A DNA stretch of 62,836 nucleotides, filler included, from Globobulimina sp. (taxonomy: Eukaryota), in NCBI GenBank assembly GCA_003354225.1. It is 46 parts of 46 records of this genome, joined end to end, with 100 filler letters (N's around TTAATTAATTAA, not from the genome) between each part and the next. Parts side by side here need not be neighbours in the genome. Positions count along the whole stretch, not along the records: positions 34,222 to 35,489 come from PIVH01019776.1; positions 35,590 to 36,857 come from PIVH01019777.1; positions 36,958 to 38,225 come from PIVH01019778.1; positions 38,326 to 39,593 come from PIVH01019779.1; positions 39,694 to 40,961 come from PIVH01019780.1; positions 41,062 to 42,329 come from PIVH01019781.1; positions 42,430 to 43,697 come from PIVH01019782.1; positions 43,798 to 45,065 come from PIVH01019783.1; 38 more parts are not named here. One strand, 5' to 3'. The translations under genes were made by a program, and so were the position numbers. Shown here in pieces: positions 34,577 through 46,532 of this stretch. The stretch's first letter is position 1. Each line of letters begins with the position of its first letter. The notes under the pieces were generated by a model, which saw only the letters and a program-made list of their open reading frames with translations, had not been told where the DNA came from and ran no database searches.

Positions 34577-35489
34577 TTAAAAATAAGCAATCGCCGCAAC
34601 CACCACCACCACCGTCATAAAAATATTCTGCGAATTCGCGCCGCCTTTCCCGGTATAATACTGCCCACTGAACTCGCAAGTATCCGTATTCTCATCCACA
34701 TAGCAATTCGGCTCCACCTCGCACGGCGAAGGGTCCCCTACAATAGAAAAGGGCGTACAATCGGTACAGTCACACAGCTCATAGCCATTGTCACAGCGCC
34801 CATTCTCAATGCCATTCCAGCCGGAAATAACCACATCTTCGCAGCCCACCGCAGTCCAACCAACAATATCCTGACTGCACGAGGTATGCCACTGTCCCTC
34901 ACACACACCGCTCGCACTCGTCACCCGCACAAAAGTCTCTTTCTGCATCTTGAAATAATAGGGGTCTCCAACCGAATCCAGCGGCCCTTCGCGGATCGAA
35001 CAATCATTCTCTTCGCCAAACATAACCTGCTCTCTCGTACAAATAACCTCCGAGTCCAAACCGTCAGCAAACAGAGTAATATCCGCAGGGCCGGCTCCTT
35101 TGTACCCAAACGACAGCTTCCAAACACCGCCTTTGCACTCACAATCGCCCCATCCATAGCCAGTCGCTCTGCCCTTGCTCTTCTTCCCCATCCTCCTCCG
35201 TTGCGGCCGCATGGTCGTCACCGGACTGTCCGTAGTCGTGAACGCGTCCACATCGATGACGGAGCAATAACACGTATCGCCTTCCTGCGTCTTGGGCTCA
35301 CTCACCGGATCGGGCGGAGCTTCTACGAACGTACCGTTACAAGGACACGACTCAAAGCCGTCATCGCACCAACCTCCGTCCGCCACGTTATTCCCGTCGC
35401 GCCAATGCGACACAATCACGCCGCAATCCGTGCCGCCATACTCGCCCACAATATCCTGCGAGCACGACGTATGGAAGTCAGTCTGGCAC
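34577..35489 (-). CDS. Cys-rich repeat-domain surface protein with hydrophobic C-terminus (GPI/TM), 5'-partial
   Basis: Two copies of (F/W)HTSCSQDIVG...C..V.ISGW...CD.G.E.C.C and a C-terminal VVVVVAAIAYF. Visibly more GC-rich than other contigs. Confidence 0.65.
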
Positions 35490-35876
35490 NNNNNNNNNNN
35501 NNNNNNNNNNNNNNNNNNNNNNNNNNNNNNNNNTTAATTAATTAANNNNNNNNNNNNNNNNNNNNNNNNNNNNNNNNNNNNNNNNNNNNTTTTGTTAAAT
35601 AAGCTTCCATATTTTATTTTATTTTTTTTCAATCATTTATAACAATTTGCCCCAAAGTGTTAAGAAATCATTGTTGAATATTCCGTTTCATAATTGTAAA
35701 AATCATTTTTTTTGTATAAATCCTAATTTAAAAACGCCATAATGCTTGATAAACATCACAACTCTTGCAATGGTTGTTACCACGTGATAATAAACCATTT
35801 GAAATGCAATATATCTCAAATTCAAAAAAATTGGAACGCTGGATTTTTCACTCAAAAACAATTTTCAAAACTTGTC

Positions 35877-36377
35877 ATGGGAAACCAAAATAATGTTGAG
35901 GCTGAAGTAAAAATTATATTTTTAGATGTTGATGCCGTACTTAACAGTTTAGAATGCACACCAGTACAAGACGTTGAATCACCAGACGATTTGTATGTAA
36001 TGGAAGACGAGAAATTGAAATTATTGAAGCAGATAGTTGATGCAACCAACAGTAAGATTGTAATTTCTTCGACATGGAGGAATAACGAAAAAATGTTACA
36101 AAAATTATCAAATGGATTAAATAAATATGGAATGCATTATATTGGTTGCACACCACAGTTAAATGGAACTGATAATAGAGTTGATGCGATAGAAAGGTTT
36201 ATTAATGAATACAATAAAAAGAGTGATACAATCACTCAATGGATCGCTATCGATGATATGAACTTGAACTTGTTTAATGCAAATTTAATGCAAAATCATT
36301 TTGTTCGCACAACACAACAATATGGTTTGACTCAACAACACGTCAAAGTTGCAATAAATTTGTTGACTCAAAACTGA
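35877..36377 (+). CDS. HAD-superfamily phosphatase of the Swiss-army-knife RNA-repair type (HAD_SAK)
   Basis: IIFLDVDAVLN, KIVISSTWR, IGCTP, WIAIDDM and GLT. Probable start MGNQN (myristoylation-like). Confidence 0.85.
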   Translation: MGNQNNVEAEVKIIFLDVDAVLNSLECTPVQDVESPDDLYVMEDEKLKLLKQIVDATNSKIVISSTWRNNEKMLQKLSNGLNKYGMHYIGCTPQLNGTDNRVDAIERFINEYNKKSDTITQWIAIDDMNLNLFNANLMQNHFVRTTQQYGLTQQHVKVAINLLTQN

Positions 36378-36421
36378 TTCATTATTATCCCCACATCTCT
36401 CAAAACTCTCTACTAACTGCA

Positions 36422-36857
36422 ATGGCGCAATCAACTAATCCCAAAAGCAATGCCAACGCAACCCACAAACCCTATGTATCGAGAAACATTAAACATCGTA
36501 CAGTTACATTACACGGCATACATAATAAAAACAAAGCATTGTACAGATTGGGTGTAACTGCAGATGAGATACACAGAGCCAAAGCACTTTTGACAATGGG
36601 TGGTACAGAAGATATCTATCAGCATACTTTACAATATTGCTCCCATAATCATCACCCAACGCCTTCCCTCTCATATGTCAAGAAAACCAAACCAAACAAC
36701 ACCGTTCAAAACAACGGCTTACCACTACCTCAAGACCCATTGGAACAGGAATATACACGCAATTCAACGCAGGATACCATCGATCAAAACATGTACAACA
36801 TCGAAAAACGAGAGTCTGCCTCGCTCTCAATCACATGGACACATTCCCATAACACCA
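36422..36857 (+). CDS. Hypothetical protein, 3'-partial
   Basis: ATG ORF open to the contig edge. Confidence 0.4.
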
Positions 36858-37067
36858 NNNNNNNNNNNNNNNNNNNNNNNNNNNNNNNNNNNNNNNNNNN
36901 NTTAATTAATTAANNNNNNNNNNNNNNNNNNNNNNNNNNNNNNNNNNNNNNNNNNNNGGGTTTTTTTATTGTATTGTCTGTGGATATGATGAGAATATAC
37001 AGAACTTTCCCGTTGGATTGGTTTGTCTGGAAAGACAGGAGCCCATGATTTAAATTCAAGAGAGCGA

Positions 37068-38052
37068 CTAAGATTTTAATTGCAAGATCATAGCACGATT
37101 AAATTTTTGTTTCTTATATATCACTCCTATTATTATAAACATTACTATTATTCGCTTAATTTGTATTTCTTCTAAAATTCTAAAGAACCATGCTATTAAA
37201 CAAAGAATTTTTTTCCTGTTCAAACATAATTTAAATTGATTTATTTTATCATTATATTTGCTCTGAGTATATATTTTATATTCATTCCATTTGTATTTAC
37301 CGTTCCATTTCTTCATTCTATTCATTCCATTTTGTTTCATTATTTCATATTTATTCAAATCAGCGCTATAGCAATCTTTGAAAAATTGTAACGACGGTTC
37401 ACTGAAAATATCGCCTTTATTACGTGTTACTGTAACAACCAATGTGGTGGCATTAAAGCGATGAAATAGTTTACCTAAACCACCATCGATTGCTCTCTTG
37501 TACACATTACCGGTATTTCCAATTGATACTAGTCCTAAATGTGACATATAATATGGAATATGCATTGAAGCATGCAAACATTCTCTTAATTCTCGATTAC
37601 TGTTCCAATGTGATATTATTTTATATTCATCCATAAAACATGTAACTCCGACAAATAATTTGTTATTTACTTTTTTATATGCATTTAAATCATTATTTAA
37701 CACTCGATCCAACGCCTTTTTGTGATAAATGCTCATTCTTCCGAATACACCATATTTTTTGGCTTCATCTATAAATGATACATATATTTCGTCCAATGTC
37801 TGAGAGTCTAAACCCATGGCAGCACCGAATGCAACAAAAGCTCCTGATGAATTACCTGCAAATTTGATATTTGCTAACTATGTAATTAATGTGTTATATG
37901 TCAATCATAACATATGTATAATGGCAATATATTCTAACGCGTTTTAATCCCCATTTTTGTTCCATTGCCGTGTAAACACCAATATGGAAGGCGCATCCCC
38001 ATGATGCACCTGCAAAGAACACATGACTTGGAAGTTCCTGGTCATGTGACAT
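37068..38052 (-). CDS. Patatin-like phospholipase; intron 37878-37938
   Basis: FAGASWGCAFHIGV oxyanion region, AGNSSGA (GxSxG), ASMHIP and IDGG. The 61-nt GT-AG intron splices in frame. C-terminal TM. Confidence 0.88.
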
Positions 38053-39000
38053 GATGATTGTAACAAATATTGCCACTTAGCAACCAACAAAATCCTAATT
38101 TATCTGCATAATATCAGTGTAATGTCTCCAGGATTTGTGGTGCTATTGACATTGTGTGCATTGTCAAACTTTTTAAGTATTTCAAGAGGGGATGGCATTG
38201 ATATCAACGAAATCGGAAGAGCACANNNNNNNNNNNNNNNNNNNNNNNNNNNNNNNNNNNNNNNNNNNNTTAATTAATTAANNNNNNNNNNNNNNNNNNN
38301 NNNNNNNNNNNNNNNNNNNNNNNNNAGGTTCACATGGAGCATGGAGCTCTTTCACAATAACAAAAGGAACATAGATTATTGGAGCATTAATGGTCTATTA
38401 TCATTATATAATTATTAGGATTAAAATAGAAGAAGATTTATGTAAAGCGTAAACAGCAGCAAGCGTAAACAATAAATATTGTTTTTCACAAACAAGACCG
38501 GGGCTAAACCCTTAAATATGTAATATAATAAAAAATCAATTTGCACAGTAATTAAATATTTTGCTACCCAATCAGATAAACAGTAAGAAATGAAAAAGAA
38601 AAATAGAAATAAAATAGGAATGAAATACAATGGAACTATAATCTAAATTTGATTTATTCATTGTAATAATCATAAATTATTGATAAAAATAACATGCTTT
38701 ACATAGTAAAATAAACAAAAATAACTTAATTTAAATAAATAGTATGGAAGAAATTAATTGTTGATATTGTGAAACTTTTCAATTGGTAAATTCAGAAGAA
38801 CTGGTAAAATTATTTGATTTTATCCATTTAATAATTGCTTAATATGTTTTAGTACTAATATTGCATCAATACATTATCAGCATAATTATTATTTGAATTG
38901 GATTGGCAAATGGGATAAATAGATATCTATCTTATTGAGATTTAAAAATAAAGTAAATTTAATATTATGATAATATAATATAAAATGAATTACATATCTT

Positions 39001-39593
39001 AATTTTTATTTGTTTTTTTTTTGTTTTTTTTATTGAATTTAATTTATATTTGGTTTTTCTTTTTGGTTGGTGTTATAAATAATATTTACTGTCAACCAAC
39101 CAAGATATTACAAAACTCGTTGACTTAATTTATGTTCCTTTGGGTACGGGTTCACTTTCTTGCATTTTCCTTCGGTATACATTTTTAATAGGTCGCGCCT
39201 TGTAGATTTAACATATTTTACCACCGCTTTCACGATTTCAACACGTAATTTTATCTCCAATTTAAACGGTGGAAAAAATATATATTTTTGTATATGGTGA
39301 ATACCGCCCTTTTCATCAAAAATACATTTTTGTTTATCCTTTGTTGTTTGCCTATTATGTGTGTTATAAATTGCCTTAATTGCTTCAAATAACGTCTTTC
39401 GAGGTACTGCGTAGTGCTCAGCTTGGCATTCGACGAAATAATGCATGATGGTTTCGTCTAATTGCTGCATATCGCAATCACTATGCTGCGTACAATATGG
39501 TTGAAATAAATGGTTATTTGCCTTATAGGCCATATATGTATTTAAGGGCAGTTGGTCGGCCATACACATTATTCTTATGTTGTTTTCCATCGC
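39001..39593 (-). mobile_element. 3' end of non-LTR retrotransposon ORF2 (zf-RVT-like) with A-rich tail
   Basis: ORF 39108-39593 contains PYC....DC.....ETIMHYFVEC (C..C...ET..H...C). About 80 nt after the stop is an A-rich tract (39002-39031 on the minus strand). Confidence 0.6.
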
Positions 39594-39792
39594 NNNNNNN
39601 NNNNNNNNNNNNNNNNNNNNNNNNNNNNNNNNNNNNNTTAATTAATTAANNNNNNNNNNNNNNNNNNNNNNNNNNNNNNNNNNNNNNNNNNNNGCAATAT
39701 ACTGCGTTTAGTGAGGAAAAGTATGTTAAATAATTATAACACAAGAAAGTTTTCCTAAAAAGTTTTATTTTTGACTGCGTATACCACCAAAC

Positions 39793-40722
39793 ATGGCAGA
39801 TGATTTAAAAGATGCGACAAACTATCACCGTAATGTCTTTAAACAAGAAAAAAAGCAATCTATTAATGAAAATGGTTTAGATTGTGTAAAAATATGCAAC
39901 ATATTACATAATTACGATATATTAATCAACGTAGATGCATATGAAATGGAAGCAGCGTTAATAGCATTTGGTAAACAACTATTTATCACTAATTTATGTG
40001 ATGCATTTGATAATAAAGACGATGCCGATGTGTTGTTCTCGCAAATACTAACTAAAAAATGGCATATTACAAAGAGTGAGGATAGACAACAAATATACGA
40101 TATATTATTACATCTTTATATTACTAAAAAAGAATTGAACACTGACAATTTTATGAAAATAATATCAAACATTGTATCCAAGACTGCACCGCATATAAAT
40201 GTTGAAGAATGTATGAAAATTGTTAAATCCAACAATTTAAATGGCAGAATCTTTGAACCTGGACATCCAATCAAAGATAGCATTGAATTTACAAAATTAT
40301 TTGAATCAGTTGTTGGCGTTGGATGCCATACGGAAATGTGGACAAAAATATATACAGAGATTAAAAACTGGAAAGTGAGAGAATACGAAAAAGAAATAAA
40401 AGAGGAAGAAGAAATGAAATATGCTGCAACTTCGGATATTGAGTATCAACAACGATTAAATGATGAAGAAGCATTAAATGTATTTCTGTCACTCACCAAC
40501 GCAGATTTTAGCACAGCTGCTGCGTTTCTACGAGACACAGCATGGGATTTACAATCGGCAATGGATAAATATTATGCATTCGACGGAGATACTTCAAAAT
40601 TGGAATCACAGTCATCACAAATGGGAGAAACTACAAATAAAAATCAATCCTCTTATCTTTGCTATTTTGCTTTGTTCGTTTTGGGTTTCTTTTCTTTCTT
40701 ATTACATTTCTTTGTCAATTGA
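39793..40722 (+). CDS. Protein with C-terminal UBA-like (DCN1/FAF-type) domain
   Basis: ALNVFLSLTNADFSTAAAFLRDTAWDLQSAMDKYY. Confidence 0.65.
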   Translation: MADDLKDATNYHRNVFKQEKKQSINENGLDCVKICNILHNYDILINVDAYEMEAALIAFGKQLFITNLCDAFDNKDDADVLFSQILTKKWHITKSEDRQQIYDILLHLYITKKELNTDNFMKIISNIVSKTAPHINVEECMKIVKSNNLNGRIFEPGHPIKDSIEFTKLFESVVGVGCHTEMWTKIYTEIKNWKVREYEKEIKEEEEMKYAATSDIEYQQRLNDEEALNVFLSLTNADFSTAAAFLRDTAWDLQSAMDKYYAFDGDTSKLESQSSQMGETTNKNQSSYLCYFALFVLGFFSFLLHFFVN

Positions 40723-41843
40723 ACTTAATAACATTATACAATGAGTCAGAAACACTTTTCAATTTTCGCATTTATTCTCAGAACAATTAAAGGCAAAAAA
40801 AATTGAAATTGATCCCAGATCGCAGACTGAAGTAAGAAATGTTTGAACAAATCAAAATCAGCGATGGGAATATATAATAGTTTCAATTATAACTTATAAA
40901 CAACAAAAACAAAGCAATACTGTATTTTATTTATAACAATATTAAATAAATTGTTTCACAANNNNNNNNNNNNNNNNNNNNNNNNNNNNNNNNNNNNNNN
41001 NNNNNTTAATTAATTAANNNNNNNNNNNNNNNNNNNNNNNNNNNNNNNNNNNNNNNNNNNNATAATAACCTACATATTTTTTATAGCACCAATGATAATT
41101 GATAGTGTTATATTAGTATACAGTAATATGGAGTATGGCATAGCTGTAGATTCAATACAGACAGATTGTTGTACAATACAGAATTTACCTATATACTGTA
41201 GATATACTGTACGTATGCATTTCAGGCTGTAACCAATATCCGTGAAGAAGATAAAGGCCGATTCACTGCACAATGTCATGCACCCTGTTCAAGCACTGAC
41301 TGATCCGGCCGGTCGCCACAGAAGATACTACCATAATTTTCATTTCTATTGTTGATTTTTGTGTGTATAATCTTCGTTGACGACCTAGATATAGGTTCTT
41401 GTTGGGAAAATTTAGTGATTTGACATGTTTTTTGATTTGTTTATATTTTTTAATGAAATGAATGAATTTACATAATAATACTCGCATGCATTGTCCATGA
41501 TTACGCCTTGTCTCAAGCCAAGGTACAGACTTGTATCTACCCATAATATTTTCAATATTCACGTGCGTTCGTCCTTTACGCTATATTTTTTATTATTATT
41601 TATAATTCGATTCGAAATATTACTTTTTTATATTTTCTCAAATCGTTATAGTATGGCTTTGTCTATGTTCAAGTACCCTGATACCCAGATTCCTTTTTTT
41701 GCGGACAAACCACCCGGATTCAGCTATTTTTGCAGTTTGGTTAGTAATATTTGTCGGATTGAAGGTCAAGAAAATTGGGATGTGACAAGTCAAAATCGAG
41801 CTTGGGAGTGGTGGAATGTAAGATTGGATTGTATTATTGGGGT

Positions 41844-42260
41844 CAGAGTTGGAAATCCCAACCCGAGTCGGGTTTCGGGTCACGTTTTTAAATGGTCGGG
41901 TCGGGTCAGGTTGATAAAGATGTCGGGTTGGGTTGACCATAAAAATGTTCTTTAAAAATCCAGTTTTCCCTCTAAAAAGTTGGTTTTTATACAGTTTTAT
42001 AAATGCAAAAGAGGATTAATCGTCTGAAACTAACATAAACGTGTTTATTTCAAGGTAAACCAGGTGTTAATAAGTTTGTAGACATTTTGGCCATTTTTTT
42101 GAATTTTTTTTTTGGTCGGGTCGGGTCGGATTTCGGGTCACATTTTTAATAACCGGGTAGGGTCGGGTCAGTACCAAATAATTTCGGGTCGGGTTCGGGT
42201 CAGCAAATCAATTATTGGGTCGGGTTTTGGGTCAAAAATCCTGTCCCGTTTCCAACTCTG
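41844..42260. mobile_element. Complete 417-bp hAT-type MITE
   Basis: 12-bp TIRs CAGAGTTGGAAA / TTTCCAACTCTG, perfect 8-bp TSD ATTGGGGT (41836-41843 and 42261-42268), and many subterminal CGGGT(C) motifs. Confidence 0.95.
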
Positions 42261-42480
42261 ATTGGGGTCAATTATTGTTTTTGTTATTGTTATGTTATTG
42301 CTATAGGGTTATTGTATTTGTTCGATTCGNNNNNNNNNNNNNNNNNNNNNNNNNNNNNNNNNNNNNNNNNNNNTTAATTAATTAANNNNNNNNNNNNNNN
42401 NNNNNNNNNNNNNNNNNNNNNNNNNNNNNTCAATGGATTCGGCAAAATGCAAAAACGCAGCAATCAATAAATAAGGATGA

Positions 42481-42906
42481 TTGTCTAAAGTAAACGAGGC
42501 AATATCTTCCCAGTCACGTGCATCCGCTCCATCAATTGAACCAAATGAGGATATGAAAGAGGAAGAGAAACAACATTGGTATCGAACGTATAGAGCGCAG
42601 TGTAATTCTATCGAATGGTTTTCATTAACCTCTCCTGTGTTTATTTGTGGTGCATTGGTCGGGAAAAAAGCATTTGGTGCATATGGTAAATATGCAACTA
42701 AGTTTATGGGAGCATGTGCTATTTTAAATGCATTTTTGCGGTATAAATATTTAGTAGGATATCAAAAAAAAGCTGAAGATAAAACAGCATGGTTTCATGC
42801 AACAGTTAAAGTCATACAGCCTGTATTTTATGTTGCATTTGCTGCGTGTATTCATTTGATGTATAAAGATGTAAAATGTGTGTATGATAAATACACAAAA
42901 GAATGA
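42481..42906 (+). CDS. Hypothetical small membrane protein
   Basis: 141-codon ORF with about 3 hydrophobic segments, convergent with the next ORF. Confidence 0.45.
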   Translation: MSKVNEAISSQSRASAPSIEPNEDMKEEEKQHWYRTYRAQCNSIEWFSLTSPVFICGALVGKKAFGAYGKYATKFMGACAILNAFLRYKYLVGYQKKAEDKTAWFHATVKVIQPVFYVAFAACIHLMYKDVKCVYDKYTKE

Positions 42907-42926
42907 TTCAACTTTGACATAAATGA

Positions 42927-43631
42927 TCATTTGAGCTTCAACAAATTGACATATTGTTTACGTTCAAGTTCCTGGGGATTATCTCTCCATTTTTTCTGAA
43001 TTTGCTGGGCCAACTCAAGAATGTCAGAATGATTTGATAGGACAAATGCAACATCGAATAACGATTGTTTTTCATACAACGATATCAAAACATATTGACT
43101 TAATATAATAATATTTGTATATCCAACCATATGGTTCACATCAAACATCAATGGGCCATCCCATTGTTTTGCATATTTTAGTCTTGGATTATATTTCGTT
43201 TTCTGTTTTTGTAAATCAATTTGAACCCTCATCCATCGATGTATTGCCAATTTTATTTTGCGTGGTATATATAATAATGAATTTGTTATAATCCTATCAA
43301 TAAATAACCAGTTTCCAATCAATTTTGGATGTTTTTCAAAAAAATCATACGTTTTACGCGCAAATTTTGAATAATATTTCATTATTTTTTTGGATTTTTC
43401 CTTTTTATGTTCAGGCGCTTCGTGCATTACTATACGACTTCGCCGATGATTTAATCGATATAATCTTTTCCAGCCATAATATTGAATGATTTTGATCCCC
43501 AGAAATTTTTTAACCAAATATATAAATCCTCCACCACAAAAAATGGCTTTCAACGTAATATCTCTTTGTTGATGCTTGTAAATGGAATGAGTACATGTTG
43601 GATGCAATGAATATGAATGAATTCCTTTCAA
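42927..43631 (-). CDS. Hypothetical basic protein, probably 5'-partial
   Basis: 234-codon ORF whose stop lies 20 nt from the convergent gene's stop. Confidence 0.45.
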   Translation of the reverse strand: MKGIHSYSLHPTCTHSIYKHQQRDITLKAIFCGGGFIYLVKKFLGIKIIQYYGWKRLYRLNHRRSRIVMHEAPEHKKEKSKKIMKYYSKFARKTYDFFEKHPKLIGNWLFIDRIITNSLLYIPRKIKLAIHRWMRVQIDLQKQKTKYNPRLKYAKQWDGPLMFDVNHMVGYTNIIILSQYVLISLYEKQSLFDVAFVLSNHSDILELAQQIQKKWRDNPQELERKQYVNLLKLK

Positions 43632-44040
43632 ATTTGTTCCGATATTATTGCTTTGTTGAAATAATAAAGATTGTCTATTTCTTGGTAATACATTTATNNN
43701 NNNNNNNNNNNNNNNNNNNNNNNNNNNNNNNNNNNNNNNNNTTAATTAATTAANNNNNNNNNNNNNNNNNNNNNNNNNNNNNNNNNNNNNNNNNNNNTTT
43801 CTTACTCGACAATACTCGTCTCAAAACATTTTTGTCTATCAAAAAAAGCAATATTCAACTACACTGTGTTTAGACTTTAGATAAAAAGCAGTGGCTAAAC
43901 AGTAAATATAATTGTTTTTCAGAGAAAAACAGTGGAAGTTGATATGGTTTTTTTTGATAGGCAAAACATGGGGTACCCAAAAATGTTTTGATACGCCAAC
44001 TCATAATCCCGGCCGCATTTCCAGCAATAAATCTGAACAA

Positions 44041-44568
44041 ATGATGCGATCAATGATTGCAAGAAGTGCTATCTGTTGCAGGTCAAGCATCAAAAGTACA
44101 TATAATTTGCAACATAAACTGATTTCAAGCAATTCATACAATGGTTGGATAGAAACAATTACCTCACCATTTTCATCAGCAATATCTCCATTACAAAGAA
44201 TATCTCAAATGTACAGTGATGGGAATGATAGATATAGATTTTCAAAAGACATTGATATTAATTTGAACATAATCGCAATTGAAATCTGGCAAAAATCCTC
44301 TGGTCAACCTATCAACAAAGCACTTCGCGGAATTGCAAACAATTGGATTGTACTCAAATTACAAAATTCAAACTCATGTTTTTTATTAAATCGTGTTGTA
44401 TCTGGTATACAATTATCTCGATTGCCACTAAAAGAAGATGGAAAAAGCATATCTGAATGTAATTTGTTCAAATCTGATGAGATGGTAAAATTAAAATGTT
44501 ATAAAAATATTAATAAACCAGCAATGAATAAAATCGCTCAATATATTATTAAAAAACAATCTCAATAA
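44041..44568 (+). CDS. Hypothetical protein with mitochondrial-presequence-like start
   Basis: MMRSMIARSAICCRSSIKST is Arg/Ser-rich and acid-free. Confidence 0.45.
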   Translation: MMRSMIARSAICCRSSIKSTYNLQHKLISSNSYNGWIETITSPFSSAISPLQRISQMYSDGNDRYRFSKDIDINLNIIAIEIWQKSSGQPINKALRGIANNWIVLKLQNSNSCFLLNRVVSGIQLSRLPLKEDGKSISECNLFKSDEMVKLKCYKNINKPAMNKIAQYIIKKQSQ

Positions 44569-44785
44569 TTTATTTTATTTCACTTATTTAAAGGTAGCCA
44601 ATTCATATTGTGTTCTAATGGGATTTTGGGTACATGCATGACTTTTTTTTTCTATTTATTTATTTAATCCATACACATTCTGTGTAAATATCGCTAATAT
44701 GTGTAGCTGCAACTAGGCGCATTTGCAGATAGAAAAGTTTTTTGTAAAAACCAAGAGGTTTTAGGACAAAGCATAGTCCACGAAA

Positions 44786-45065
44786 ATGCATTATCTTGCG
44801 TTTTTTTGTCTCATTGCTCTTTTACATTGGAGATATGCATCAAGTGCAGTATCTCAAGAACGACTAATAAATGAATATAAAGACTTGTATAAGCAACTAA
44901 CGGACGAAAATGAATTCGGTAAAGCCAAATCAGAGGATATTTATAATGAATTTATTGAAATGGGTGATGATGGTAATAATTATTATGGACATGACATGGA
45001 TAAATTAGTTGATAACGCATTTGATGATTACGATGACGCCCAATATGACTTCACCTTCTTCATTC
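44786..45065 (+). CDS. Hypothetical secreted acidic protein, 3'-partial
   Basis: Signal peptide MHYLAFFCLIALLHWRYASS, then Asp/Tyr-rich sequence. Confidence 0.5.
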
Positions 45066-45328
45066 NNNNNNNNNNNNNNNNNNNNNNNNNNNNNNNNNNN
45101 NNNNNNNNNTTAATTAATTAANNNNNNNNNNNNNNNNNNNNNNNNNNNNNNNNNNNNNNNNNNNNTATACTGTATATTGTTTATTATAGTCGCCAGTATG
45201 TTTTGTTAGAAATCTAAGCGATTAAATACAGTTTTCGTTTTTAACATTATATGAAAAACCTTAAAAATGTTCACTAAGAAACCACTCAATTCCCAGATGG
45301 GCGACTCTTTTAACCTATTTTCCTTCCT

Positions 45329-46000
45329 GTGTATACTGTTTCCGATTGCGCAGATTTTAAGACTTTTACATTGATCAAAGCAAATGAAGATTCGGGCTGT
45401 GGAGCGGCTGCACATATTTTCCCTTTTACTGAGTGTGCAACGCAAGAATATTACATTCAGGTTGATTCATATTACGGTCAAACAGGTCCCTTCCAAATGG
45501 ATGTGGCGGGAATGGAAGAAGGCGCATGTCCGGCAATGACAAATTACAATGCTTATGATGCCACGCAAATTGCAGTGGGTGATGTGGTCATTGATGTATT
45601 GACTCAGTACGGCACCAATCAAAGCAATGAAATACGTCCAAATATCGAGGATCGTACCGGTCAAAGTGGATGGTGTGGAGATGACCCAAATGTACAAAAT
45701 TCGCTGTGGTACAAAGTGACAGCATCCGAGTTAGAATTAGAAATGGTGTGTTATGGCGGTGTTTGCATCGATACTCAATTGGGTGTTTATACTGCCACCG
45801 ATTGTGGTGATTTTAGCACATTTACGTTGGTGAAAGCAAATGACGACAAAAGTTACGACAATTTGGCAGCACATATATTTCCGTTTAATAGCAGTAATAA
45901 CGTAACCCAATGTGGAGTATTACATTCAAGTGGATGGTAATGCAGCACCTGGTCGCCCCGAATGTATCGCCACTGGCTTTTTCCAGATGAATGTACATCT
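45329..46000 (+). CDS. Repeat beta-sandwich (PPC-like) extracellular protein with apparent frameshift near 45911
   Basis: Two copies of VYT..DC.DF.TFTL.KAN.D.....AAHIFPF....EYYIQVD. The second EYYIQVDG lies in a different frame. Confidence 0.6.
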
Positions 46001-46532
46001 TCGCCTTCCTCTGCGCCGTCCTCTGTGCATCCCTCTACGGAGACTCTGCGCCTACGACGTCTTGAGAGTCTTCAGAGTCTTCAGAGTCTTCGGACAGTAA
46101 AACGTATGTTTCCTTTGCCTCTGTTTTTTATATATTTGCTGTGTAATATTTAATATTAAGTGAATGTTTTATTTGCATTTAGGAGTGAAAGCAATTCGGA
46201 GGATTCTGATGATAGAAAAAAGAAAAAGAAAAAAAAGAAAAAAGAAAAAAGTAGTTCTGACAGTGTGGAGTATGCATTATTTGAAAATAATGGAATTGAT
46301 GATACCGAAATGAGTACTTTCCCTGTAGAATGGTTCGAAAGGATTTCGTTTCAGTTTTTTTAGAATGGTGATAATGGAACCACCATCTTCCAGCAGTGCA
46401 AGGATATTCTGAAACCAAATCCTTTTTAACCANNNNNNNNNNNNNNNNNNNNNNNNNNNNNNNNNNNNNNNNNNNNTTAATTAATTAANNNNNNNNNNNN
46501 NNNNNNNNNNNNNNNNNNNNNNNNNNNNNNNN

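Noticed and set aside
34886..35489. 219-aa plus-strand ORF and similar antisense ORFs elsewhere
   Set aside because: Shadow frames of well-supported opposite-strand genes, favoured here by high GC.
41263..41955. ORFs overlapping the MITE and its flank
   Set aside because: They read through non-coding MITE repeats, and the flank looks degenerate with no recognisable domain.
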